Shown here: piece after piece, positions 31,673-40,726 of the stretch
Numbering within the stretch: position 1 is the first letter of the stretch
Layout of the letters: each line of letters opens with the position of its first letter
From: a bacterium
Lineage (GTDB): Bacteria; Bacteroidota; Bacteroidia; NS11-12g; UBA9320
Assembly (NCBI GenBank): GCA_018223105.1
Contig: JAAEYY010000006.1
Coordinates: 72,806-136,805, forward strand
Direction: 5' to 3'
DNA: 64,000 bases
The notes under the pieces: model-generated
The model's database searches: none
What the model was told of the DNA's origin: nothing
What the model saw: only the letters and a program-made list of their open reading frames with translations
Position numbers and translations under genes: made by a program

Positions 31673-32139
31673 ATGATATCTGTACTTATATTATTTGTAG
31701 TCATTATGCAACTGCCTAAGACAATATAGCTCAAGATACTCTATTAGAAGCAGGCATTATTCTCTATGCCACCTCTGTCCAGAAGTATTTTATAGACAAT
31801 AGCTATTTATCAGAAAATATATCTACTGAGACCTTTACAGTAGGGGCTTTTCTTAAGTTTAATGCTGGACTGTGGGCCATGCGATTTGGTGTGAGATTTG
31901 ATGAGATTAGCTACGTAAATACACAATCTAATCCGGAGGTAAAACTATTTTTTAGCTCATAACAACTCACCTTTGGTGGCCAAAACCTATTCAATGTTGG
32001 AAAGATTATGCCTATGCTTGCGCTTGACATTAGCTACAGCGAAAGTAGAATTGATGGCAATATGTTATCTAATCGTATAGCTGATTTCGAGTACTTGGAT
32101 ATAAACGCTCGATTCGGATATTTTGGCGGAATCTTCTAA
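31673..32139 (+). pseudogene. Disrupted gene for a small outer-membrane beta-barrel-like protein, with one frameshift and one in-frame stop
   Basis: Frame 1 reads a signal-peptide-like MISVLILFVVIMQLPKTI, then TAG. The +1 frame continues DNIAQDTLLEAGIILYATSV...PEVKLFFSS, then TAA, then QLTFGGQNLFNVGK...INARFGYFGGIF*. The terminal aromatic residue is typical of OMPs. No intact ORF longer than 80 aa is present. Confidence 0.4.
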
Positions 32140-32310
32140 ACAGGAGTGCGATTTCATATGACGAGTCTCCTAACCTTAACCTAAGAGACTGCTTTGCACT
32201 TACATTATCATAAATACAGAAATTATGAATTTGCAGCCAAGATAAAACCTTTGTTCATTTCGAATTCACCAATACAAACCTTCGGTTTGAGTTATAGGAT
32301 TGATGTGTGA

Positions 32311-32892
32311 TTAGTAAATTGAGTCAAATATTCTATAACTAATGTTTATTTGGCCTTGTACTATAGGTGATAGGTTGTAGTAAGTTCTACGTCTTTGAAA
32401 CTCATAGCCAAATGGGATAAGAAAACCTATACTAGGTTCAATTTTCACTCTTGATGTGGTTCTGATCGTATAGTTTATTCGGACTTCGGGTTCGAATGAG
32501 ACATAAGTTGAACGGAAATTAATTCCCCATGAATATAGATCTTCCTTAATTAAATTGAACGAGAGATTTGCGGAGACTGACAAATTGTTATTTCGTGATG
32601 CTTCTTTGAAGTAGATTCGCCGCTCTAACATACTTCCTATTTTTATAGCATGATTGTTTTGATATTCTAGAGGTACGACCCAACCTGTATTGAATGAAAG
32701 TATCGTACTTACAAAGCTGTTGTTTTGATGTTCAAAGAACAACCCGAAGGATCCAACAAAGGAGATTGGATGATGTAGATCTAAGCTTGGAGGACCATGT
32801 ACAACGGACGCTTGTGTCTTCGATGAATAAACAACCAAAACTAAGAGTAGAATCTTTTTCACAGAATAGGCATTATCAGTTAAAATTAGCAA
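32311..32892 (-). CDS. Putative small outer-membrane beta-barrel protein
   Basis: It has a signal peptide (KKILLLVLVVYSSKTQA), alternating-hydrophobic beta-strand patterning and a C-terminal aromatic residue (…DSIY). It is convergent with the pseudogene. Confidence 0.4.
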   Translation of the reverse strand: MLILTDNAYSVKKILLLVLVVYSSKTQASVVHGPPSLDLHHPISFVGSFGLFFEHQNNSFVSTILSFNTGWVVPLEYQNNHAIKIGSMLERRIYFKEASRNNNLSVSANLSFNLIKEDLYSWGINFRSTYVSFEPEVRINYTIRTTSRVKIEPSIGFLIPFGYEFQRRRTYYNLSPIVQGQINISYRIFDSIY

Positions 32893-33035
32893 AATAATTA
32901 CTGTAAACCACTAAAGATTGAAATAGATAACACTTTCTTAATAATGAAAAACTTAAACAAAATATTTCTACAAATACTAAAATCATATTTCCAATCTACT
33001 TTCTTCCTATTTTTGCTCTAGCAACCAAATAATCA

Positions 33036-33389
33036 ATGAAATACTTATATATCCTAATTCTAGCTCTGTTTCTAAGCGCGTGTTTCGGAGCGAAAACAAC
33101 ATCTAACCTGAGTCAAACAGATGTAGACCGTATGCAAGACAAGTACCCGGGCTATACATTGGAACAACTTCAAAAAGGCCATACCCTTTACACTGAACAT
33201 TGCGGTAACTGTCACGGACTTAAAGACCCAAAATCTGAACCCTTAGAAGAATGGGAAGAAATCGTTCCTGAAATGGCGGAGAAAATTGAAAAGAAAAAGG
33301 GATATACACTTTCACAAGATCAGCAAGATCTTATTTTGAAATATGTTATCACCATGGCTACTGCTGAGGAAGAGCAGAGTGAAGAATAA
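33036..33389 (+). CDS. Small lipoprotein with a CxxCH heme-binding motif (putative monoheme c-type cytochrome)
   Basis: It has a signal peptide and lipobox (LFLSACFG) and the motif HCGNCHG. A downstream Met is available as the sixth heme ligand. Confidence 0.45.
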   Translation: MKYLYILILALFLSACFGAKTTSNLSQTDVDRMQDKYPGYTLEQLQKGHTLYTEHCGNCHGLKDPKSEPLEEWEEIVPEMAEKIEKKKGYTLSQDQQDLILKYVITMATAEEEQSEE

Positions 33390-33413
33390 AAAAGGCCATG
33401 CTTTCACACGGCC
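33380..33413. repeat. Copy 1 of a 34/35-bp direct repeat containing a bidirectional terminator hairpin (GGCCATGC-TTTC-ACACGGCC)
   Basis: TGAAGAATAAAAAAGGCCATGCTTTCACACGGCC is repeated at 34841-34875. On the minus strand the hairpin is followed by a U6 run, terminating the 404-aa gene. On the plus strand it follows the CxxCH lipoprotein gene. Confidence 0.7.
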
Positions 33414-33447
33414 CTTGGGTTTTAATCTTTCTTTAATCTACGGGACT

Positions 33448-34662
33448 CTAATACCTATATAATGCGTTTGCTTTAGCGCTATCTATCGGCATATATTTTT
33501 TCTCTAAAAGGTAAACATCACCACCTGTATTCAAAACCTTCATGGCCAGAAGGTTTAATAAGGATACGTTGGGAGCTTCATGTTTCTCGTCCACACGTAA
33601 TTCTTGATTCTTAGGATCATAGACTCCAAAGACATCAGCTTTGTTTTCCAAGAATAGGGTATCGATTCTACCTGCAAAAGCAGCCGGTAAGATGTCATTA
33701 AGGTTTGCAGACGCTTTTCCGGTTCCAATCAATTCTGAGAATTGTTTCAGCTTTTTTGTTCTCTTCTCATCAAAGTAAGGTTGGACTAAATTCCATGCTT
33801 CTTCATGGAGCATTAAACTGTCTTTATCTGCCGGATTTCCAGAGATATGTTTTGAGAACACATTGCCATAAGAGCTGATCTCTTTATAAATTGGATAATA
33901 ATAGTCTAACGATGCAATAATTAAAGGTGTTTGTTGTTTGTCATGCAATAGATTTAAGATTCCGTTGTCTATGGCTCTGAAGTAACGCTCAAGTTCCTTT
34001 TTTTCTGTGCTTTCGGTGTCTTCCTGACCATGAAAAGTTCCAACACCTTGATTTCCTTGCTGTGTCCTAAATTGAACGCCTTTGTCTTCGTAGTCATAGC
34101 CTACACGGTCCTCTAATTGCCCCGGAATAAGGTCATCGATATTAATTTCAGTGATTTGATGTCTACTGCCTTCAAAGAACTTCACATCGTCCTTTTGTAA
34201 GGTTAAAAGATAGAACAATCCGTCACCATTGAAAAGTGGAATCAACGGTTTTAAGTAGAACTCGTTTGATAGGTAATTATAGGCTTCGAAATGAACAGGT
34301 ACAGTATGCATCTGAAATAGTTCTTCTGATAAGAAAATGGCTAAGCCATCGGATTGATATCTCCAGAATGTGCTGTCTTCAATTAATTCAGATATTGGTT
34401 TGGTGAAGGATTCAATTTCATCATCACTCATACCTTGATCTGATAATTTCGTCCTGATTGACTTTAGTTGATTCTTCAGGTTTATTGCATCTTTTCCTTC
34501 CATAGTCTCAGCTCCGGATCGATGGGTAGGTATAAAGATCGACACACAGAAACTACTGTGATGGTCTGATAATTTCAGTACTTCATTCTTTGTAAGGATT
34601 TCTTTGTTGTATTGACTTGTTCTATTCATAATGTTTTTTTCAGTTTTAGATGAGTTGTACAT
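33448..34662 (-). CDS. Hypothetical protein with an eRF1/Dom34-like (aeRF1-type release-factor fold) central and C-terminal region; possible baeRF / VLRF1-type
   Basis: Three regions resemble the release-factor fold. The central loop GVGTFHGQEDTE sits where the GGQ loop would be. EKKELERYFRAIDNGI follows it, like eRF1's EKRHNYVRKVAE. The C-terminus NTGGDVYLL...ANALYRY resembles eRF1 domain 3 (GGIGGILRY). There are no transmembrane helices or signal peptide. Confidence 0.45.
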   Translation of the reverse strand: MYNSSKTEKNIMNRTSQYNKEILTKNEVLKLSDHHSSFCVSIFIPTHRSGAETMEGKDAINLKNQLKSIRTKLSDQGMSDDEIESFTKPISELIEDSTFWRYQSDGLAIFLSEELFQMHTVPVHFEAYNYLSNEFYLKPLIPLFNGDGLFYLLTLQKDDVKFFEGSRHQITEINIDDLIPGQLEDRVGYDYEDKGVQFRTQQGNQGVGTFHGQEDTESTEKKELERYFRAIDNGILNLLHDKQQTPLIIASLDYYYPIYKEISSYGNVFSKHISGNPADKDSLMLHEEAWNLVQPYFDEKRTKKLKQFSELIGTGKASANLNDILPAAFAGRIDTLFLENKADVFGVYDPKNQELRVDEKHEAPNVSLLNLLAMKVLNTGGDVYLLEKKYMPIDSAKANALYRY

Positions 34663-34840
34663 AGCCAGATATATTTCAAGAAGAACTTTTATCGATCTTC
34701 CATTGTTGGTTGAAGGCTGTTAAACTAGTACAGCTGATATCCTTATAAGATACAAAAAAAAGCGCGTAAAGCCAAGTGTTTCCGACCTTCGTTTGCAGGT
34801 TTGACTCCATTAATGAAGTATACATTCTTCTTACTTGTAA

Positions 34841-34875
34841 TGAAGAATAAAAAAAGGCCATGCTTTCGCACGGCC
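34841..34875. repeat. Copy 2 of the 34/35-bp direct repeat and terminator hairpin (GGCCATGC-TTTC-GCACGGCC)
   Basis: It matches copy 1 at 34 of 35 positions, with one extra A and an A-to-G change in the loop region. On the minus strand it forms a perfect 8-bp stem with a GAAA loop and a U7 run, terminating the M42 peptidase gene. Confidence 0.7.
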
Positions 34876-34901
34876 TTTTAATTTCTAGTTTCCTGTCTTT
34901 C

Positions 34902-35972
34902 TTATTTAAAGTATCTGAAATCGTGATCTGCTTTTAACTGAATCACAAATTCATACATCAATTTAATAACGCTTTCTATGTCGTCATAAGCTACTGTTTC
35001 AACCGTAGTATGCATGTACTTCAATGGTAAGGAGATTAATGCAGAGGCTACTCCAATATCGCTGTATGCAAAAGCATCGGTATCAGTTCCTGTAGATCTG
35101 CTTGCTGCCATTCTTTGGAATGGAATCTTCTTCTTCGTGGCAACATCAATCACCATCTTCAAAAGATTGTTCTGAACAGCAGGCCCTGTAGTAATACAAG
35201 CACCACCGCCACATTTCGTGTCGCCTTGCTCTTTCTTGTTATACATAGGAGAGTGGGTGTCATGACAAACGTCGGTAACAATAGCCACATTAGGCTTTAT
35301 ACGACGTGAAATCATTTCTGCACCTCTTAATCCAATCTCTTCTTGAACGGCATTGACGATGTATAGACTAAAAGGAAGTTTTTTCTTGTTCTCGTGAAGC
35401 ATGCGTGCTACTTCGGCAATCATAAAACCACCTGCACGGTTATCTAATGCTCTTCCAACCACATATTTCTTGTTGAGTTCCATTACATCAGCATCAAAAG
35501 TGACAACCGTTCCTACATGGATGCCCATTTTCTCAACTTCTTCTTTAGAATCAGCTCCAACATCAATGCTTAAATTTGATAAACTTGGTTGAGGTTCTTT
35601 AGAACGATCTCTAACGTGAATAGCAGGCCATCCGAAAACGCCATCTACCATTCCTTTGTCTGTATGGAGTTTAACCCTCATAGATGGTGCAATCTGATGA
35701 TCACTTCCACCGTTTCGGATAACGTAGATGTATCCTTTATCATCGATGTAGTTCACAAACCAAGCAATTTCGTCGGCATGAGCCTCTAAAACCACTTTGT
35801 ACTCTTTCCCTGGATTAATAACACCCATGGTTGATCCGTAAACATCCACCTCATACTCATCAATATAAGGCTTTAAGTACTCCAACCACAATTGCTGTCC
35901 TGGAGTTTCAAATCCGGTTGGCGAATTGTTGTTTAAATATGCATGTAAAAATTTCTTGCTTGCTTTTCTCAT
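34902..35972 (-). CDS. M42 family metallopeptidase (glutamyl aminopeptidase / FrvX-like)
   Basis: It is 356 aa with M42 metal-binding regions (HADEIAW, DNRAGG, QEEIGLRGA, and a D..H region). Confidence 0.8.
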   Translation of the reverse strand: MRKASKKFLHAYLNNNSPTGFETPGQQLWLEYLKPYIDEYEVDVYGSTMGVINPGKEYKVVLEAHADEIAWFVNYIDDKGYIYVIRNGGSDHQIAPSMRVKLHTDKGMVDGVFGWPAIHVRDRSKEPQPSLSNLSIDVGADSKEEVEKMGIHVGTVVTFDADVMELNKKYVVGRALDNRAGGFMIAEVARMLHENKKKLPFSLYIVNAVQEEIGLRGAEMISRRIKPNVAIVTDVCHDTHSPMYNKKEQGDTKCGGGACITTGPAVQNNLLKMVIDVATKKKIPFQRMAASRSTGTDTDAFAYSDIGVASALISLPLKYMHTTVETVAYDDIESVIKLMYEFVIQLKADHDFRYFK

Positions 35973-36016
35973 AATCAGTATTTCCTAATTTGGTTCAAAA
36001 TTATCTTTTTGAATGA

Positions 36017-39000
36017 TTAATCACGGTCTTTGGCTGTTTCACTTTCCACAGATCCTTTTTGAGGACCCAAATCGTCGTAGGCCATTTCAAGATCTTCAAA
36101 AGTTTTAGGTTCAGTTTTCGATTCGCCTCGAACTATTCTTTTAGTCCAGGCAGTCAATTGATCACTTAGATAATACATCACCGGAACAATTACAAGTGTC
36201 ATGAAGGTAGCGAAGATTAATCCGAAGATTACCGTCCAAGCCATAGGACCCCAGAATGAAGCATTATCACCTCCAACATAAAACTGTGCATCAAATTTTG
36301 TGAGTAAGGTGTAGAAGTTCACATTCATTCCTATCGCCAAAGGCACCAGACCTAGTACCGTTGTGATTGCAGTAAGTAAAACCGGTCTCAATCGGGTTCT
36401 ACCACCGTCGATGATGCTATTCAATACATCTTGCTCCGGAAGTCGATCACCCGGCTTTAAACCGAGTTCAACACGTTTTCTTTTTCTCAAGAGATTGGTA
36501 TAGTCTATCAATACAATCGCATTGTTTACAACAACCCCTGCCAGTGAGATAATTCCAATACCACTCATCATGATAGAGAACGGCATTCCGGTGATACCAA
36601 ATCCGAGGAATACTCCGATGGTACTAAAGAGTACAGAGAACATAATAATCAATGGACCTACTACCGAGTTAAACTGGGTTACAATAATCAAGAAGATGAT
36701 AAAAACTGCGAGAAGCATAGCACCCGCTAAGAACTCTGTTGAAGCAGTTTGCTCCTCTTGCTCACCTGTGAACTTAAACTCATATCCGGGCTTGGTTTCG
36801 TGGTCTGCTAAAACTTCTTTGAATTTTGCCACAATCTCATTTGCGTTAGCACCTTCTTCTACTTCAGAATAAATTGAGATTACACGATCCATATCTTTTC
36901 GTTTAACCGTACCGTAGGTAGAGTTGTAGTCAATATTGGTTACTGCTGAAATAGGTACCTGAGAAATCTGACCGGTAGCCATGTTTCTGAACGTGATGAC
37001 TGTGTTGAGGAGGTTTCCTAAATTGTATCGATAATCTTCTTTAAATCGAAGTTGAATCTCATAATCATCCTCACCTTCTTTATATTTTCCAATCTCCTTA
37101 CCTAACAATGCAGTTCTCAAAGTACTCGCAATTTGAACGGTACTCAAACCAAATCTTCGGGCAGCTTCTCGGTTGATGGTAATCTCCAACATGGGTTTAC
37201 CTAACTCAAGATCCGTCTTTAATTGGTCAACACCCGCAATATCGGCGTCCTCCATTTTCTGTTTAATTTTCTCGACCTCGTCGATCAAGGTAAGGTAATC
37301 TTCACCTTTCACTTCAACATTAATCGGTTTTCCTACAGGAGGTCCTACAGCATCCTTGCTAAAGGTAAGTCTAGCTTCCGGGAAATCTTTACATGCATTT
37401 TTTATTTCCTGCATGATGATGGAAGTAGATACATTATCTTCAATAAAAACCCTATCGCTGTACTCGAGGAAGGAAACAGTAATACGCGCTTTATGTGGAG
37501 AAGAACCATTCTGTGGACCTTCGTTTGGATCTGAAGTTTTCTCACCAACTTGGGCTAACATAGCTTCCACTAAGGTGTCATATGGCTGAATAGCGGCATC
37601 TATGCGCTCTTCTAATTTCTTCGTGATCTTATCTGTTTTATAGATATCCGTTCCTAATGGCGCTTCAACAAAAATGTTAACGTACTTCGGCTCATTATCA
37701 GGAAAGAACACAATCTTAGGGTTGCTCATTCCGAAGAACATCAATGAAAAAATCATTAAAAGTATAGTACCTACGAAGAAAACAATGGGACGACGCTTGC
37801 TTAATGCAAACCTTGCAAAATTGGCATAACCATTCTCTAGTTTCGGCATGAGGTTCTCCATGAAGTAATCTCCGCCTGGTGATAAAACATATCTGCTCAA
37901 CAACGAGAAGAAAATCCCGGCAAAAAAGAGTCCACCAATCACTTTAAAGGTAGGAGTGAAGAAAAACAGCATTCCCACAATAAACATGATTGCAATCCTC
38001 AACCAGAATCTATTGCCTTTACTTACTTTATTCTTTCCTACCTTCATTAGGTCAGCGGTAAGCACCGGATTCACAACCAATGCCACAAAGAGAGAACTCG
38101 ACAGCACAATTATTAAGGTGATTGGCAGGTACTTCATGAACTCACCCATAAGGTCTTTCCAAAACAAGAGTGGAACAAATGCTGCTACGGTAGTTGCAGT
38201 AGATGAGATGATAGCTGATGCTACTTCACCAGTTCCTTGTTTAGAAGATTCTTCCGCATCAAGTCCAACTTCACCCCGCAATCGGTAGATGTTTTCAACG
38301 ACCACAATTCCATTATCCACCAGCATACCTAGAGCCAGGATCAAAGAGAAAAGTACCATCATGTTGAGGGTAGTTCCTGCAAAATGCAAGATTGCAATAC
38401 CCATAAGCATGGATAGAGGAATAGCAATACCTACGAACATCGAGTTTCTTACACCCAAGAAGAAAATGAGAACGATAACCACGAGAATTACCCCCATAAT
38501 TATACTGTTCTCCAAGTTATCTACCATCATCGTGGTAAACTTCGACTGGTCATTCGTAACTACTATTTCCAGATCTTTTGGAAATACATCTGCTTCAGCT
38601 TTTTTGATTATGCTTTGAATTCCGGCTGCGGCGTCCAATAGGTTTCCACCACTTTTTTTCTTTACATCCAGAGTAACAACGGGGCGCTGATTTAATCTCG
38701 CGAAACTGGTGGGTTCTTTCTGTCCGAAATGAACTTCGCCAATATCTCTTAGGTATACAATGTTCTGGAACTCATTTTTAATAATGACATTCTCAAGTTC
38801 CCTGTAATCATCAAATTCTCCATCAATACGTATCGATCTTCTTGTGATATCTGAGCCTTCTACACTCTTAATGTCACCACCACTCATGGTGATGTTTTCT
38901 CCTGAAATGGCTTGCTCTACATCGTTCAATGAAATCTCAAGCGCTTCCATCTTCACACGATCAATGGCAATTTCAACTTCTTCTTCGGTTAAACCGGTAA

Positions 39001-39553
39001 TATCTACTGATGAAACTTCAGGTAAATTCTCAAACTCGTCTTTCAGATACTCTGCATAGTCTTTTAATTTATCCTGAGAGTAATCACCACTTACGTTTAC
39101 GTTCATTACCGGGAACTCAGAAAAGTCGAGCTCCATTACATTAGGATCTGCCGGTAAATCATTCGGTAAATCGGGTTTAGCCCGGTCTACTGCGTCTTTT
39201 ACTTCTTGAAGAACCTCATTTGACGGTAAGTCTAACTCAAACTCTGCTACTATAATCGAAAAATCTTGTATCGAGGTTGATGTGAGTTTCTTAAGGCCAC
39301 TAATAGTGTTGATCTCCTTTTCTATAGGACGCGTAACCAGATTCTCCATATCAATAGGAGAGTTACCCGGGTAAGGAGTGTTTACATATATCGTAGGCTG
39401 TTTTATCTCAGGAAAACTTTCCTTAGGCATGCTACTGTAGCTCGAGAAACCAATGATACTGATGATTACGATCATCACATATACACTGATTCTGTTGTTC
39501 ACAGCCCAAGATGAAAGTTTAAATTCCTTTATTACTTCCTTTATTTTGCTCAT
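36017..39553 (-). CDS. Efflux RND transporter permease subunit (AcrB/HAE1-like) with a C-terminal tail
   Basis: It is 1178 aa with 12 transmembrane segments and two large periplasmic loops, which is the typical RND architecture. Confidence 0.9.
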   Translation of the reverse strand: MSKIKEVIKEFKLSSWAVNNRISVYVMIVIISIIGFSSYSSMPKESFPEIKQPTIYVNTPYPGNSPIDMENLVTRPIEKEINTISGLKKLTSTSIQDFSIIVAEFELDLPSNEVLQEVKDAVDRAKPDLPNDLPADPNVMELDFSEFPVMNVNVSGDYSQDKLKDYAEYLKDEFENLPEVSSVDITGLTEEEVEIAIDRVKMEALEISLNDVEQAISGENITMSGGDIKSVEGSDITRRSIRIDGEFDDYRELENVIIKNEFQNIVYLRDIGEVHFGQKEPTSFARLNQRPVVTLDVKKKSGGNLLDAAAGIQSIIKKAEADVFPKDLEIVVTNDQSKFTTMMVDNLENSIIMGVILVVIVLIFFLGVRNSMFVGIAIPLSMLMGIAILHFAGTTLNMMVLFSLILALGMLVDNGIVVVENIYRLRGEVGLDAEESSKQGTGEVASAIISSTATTVAAFVPLLFWKDLMGEFMKYLPITLIIVLSSSLFVALVVNPVLTADLMKVGKNKVSKGNRFWLRIAIMFIVGMLFFFTPTFKVIGGLFFAGIFFSLLSRYVLSPGGDYFMENLMPKLENGYANFARFALSKRRPIVFFVGTILLMIFSLMFFGMSNPKIVFFPDNEPKYVNIFVEAPLGTDIYKTDKITKKLEERIDAAIQPYDTLVEAMLAQVGEKTSDPNEGPQNGSSPHKARITVSFLEYSDRVFIEDNVSTSIIMQEIKNACKDFPEARLTFSKDAVGPPVGKPINVEVKGEDYLTLIDEVEKIKQKMEDADIAGVDQLKTDLELGKPMLEITINREAARRFGLSTVQIASTLRTALLGKEIGKYKEGEDDYEIQLRFKEDYRYNLGNLLNTVITFRNMATGQISQVPISAVTNIDYNSTYGTVKRKDMDRVISIYSEVEEGANANEIVAKFKEVLADHETKPGYEFKFTGEQEEQTASTEFLAGAMLLAVFIIFLIIVTQFNSVVGPLIIMFSVLFSTIGVFLGFGITGMPFSIMMSGIGIISLAGVVVNNAIVLIDYTNLLRKRKRVELGLKPGDRLPEQDVLNSIIDGGRTRLRPVLLTAITTVLGLVPLAIGMNVNFYTLLTKFDAQFYVGGDNASFWGPMAWTVIFGLIFATFMTLVIVPVMYYLSDQLTAWTKRIVRGESKTEPKTFEDLEMAYDDLGPQKGSVESETAKDRD

Positions 39554-39574
39554 CGCTTTTTGCTTTAGCTATTC

Positions 39575-40708
39575 TTATTCAATAATCTTTACTTCATCGC
39601 CTTCAATTACTGCATTGTAACCTTCGGTGATGATAATATCTTCCGGGTTTAAGCCGGACTTTATGATCGTTTCTGAAGCAAACTCCTCTTGTATTTCTAT
39701 ATATGACTTTTGAACGATTCTCTTTTCGCCCTGACTCTTTAAGGTTAAGATATAATCTCCTTTGGCGTCAGTGTTAATCAATTTAGTTGGAACAGCAATT
39801 ACATTGTCCTCAGCAAAATCGTAAGCTGTAATGATGGCCAATAAGTTTGGCTTCATTTTATCGAGATGAGACGTAGGTTTTACATAAACTGAGAAAGTTC
39901 TGTTATTCACATCAATCACATTTCCAACCGCATCAATTTTCTCCGTAAGTTCCAAATCAAGAGAAGGGAAATAAACTTTTACCTGATCTCCTTTTTTCAT
40001 CTGACCTACATAGCTCTCAGAAACTGATGCTTTGATTTTAATATCTGAAAGATTTACGATTCTAGCTACAGGTCCACCGGTCATGCTACCAACGAGTTCA
40101 CCTTCATTCGCCATAATCTCATCAACAGTTCCATTGATAGGAGAGATGAGTGTGTATTTCCCGAGTTGAGTTCGCGCTGTTTTAATGCTGTTTTGTAGAT
40201 TCTCGTAATTGTTCTTAGCTTGAAGATATTGCATTTCAGAGCCTATGTTCTTCTCCCATAAACTTTTTTGCTTTTCGTAATTGGTTTTAGCCAAGGTTAA
40301 GGCATTCTCCAATTCTGCAATTTGAGATTGAGCAACTGAACCATCAAGGCTAGCAATGGTTTGTCCTTTGCTAACTCGTTGGCCTTCAGAAACATAGATC
40401 TTAACTATTTTTCCCGGCACTTCTGGTGTAATCATCACGTTTTGATCAGATTCTACCAAACCTTGAATTTGGAAAGGGTTTTTAAAGGTACCTTTAGATA
40501 TTGCCTCAGCACGAACAGCAATAGCATTGCTTCTCATGTTAGTGTCTATTGCTGCAATCTCTTCTTTTAAAGTAGCGATAGAATCTTTTAATGCTACAAG
40601 ACGAGCTTCTTGTTCTTTAAGTAAGTTCTTCTTTGCATCAAGTGTGCTCTCTTCTCCGGTGCCACATGCTACTAGAAAGAGAATAAAAACTGGGATTAGG
40701 TATTTCAT
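39575..40708 (-). CDS. Efflux RND transporter periplasmic adaptor subunit (MFP/HlyD family), lipoprotein
   Basis: It has a lipobox (LVACGTG) and coiled-coil plus barrel-sandwich regions. It sits between tolC and the RND gene. Confidence 0.85.
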   Translation of the reverse strand: MKYLIPVFILFLVACGTGEESTLDAKKNLLKEQEARLVALKDSIATLKEEIAAIDTNMRSNAIAVRAEAISKGTFKNPFQIQGLVESDQNVMITPEVPGKIVKIYVSEGQRVSKGQTIASLDGSVAQSQIAELENALTLAKTNYEKQKSLWEKNIGSEMQYLQAKNNYENLQNSIKTARTQLGKYTLISPINGTVDEIMANEGELVGSMTGGPVARIVNLSDIKIKASVSESYVGQMKKGDQVKVYFPSLDLELTEKIDAVGNVIDVNNRTFSVYVKPTSHLDKMKPNLLAIITAYDFAEDNVIAVPTKLINTDAKGDYILTLKSQGEKRIVQKSYIEIQEEFASETIIKSGLNPEDIIITEGYNAVIEGDEVKIIE

Positions 40709-40726
40709 TGTTTTGTGTTCGGCTGT

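Noticed and set aside
34676-34861. 61-aa minus-strand ORF upstream of the 404-aa gene
   Set aside because: It lies in the promoter region or leader of the 404-aa gene, overlaps the repeat, and has no motifs. It is likely non-coding.
36522-39059. Plus-strand ORFs of 70-116 aa inside the RND permease gene
   Set aside because: They are antisense to a well-supported 1178-aa CDS, and their hydrophobic content is a mirror artefact of transmembrane-segment codons.
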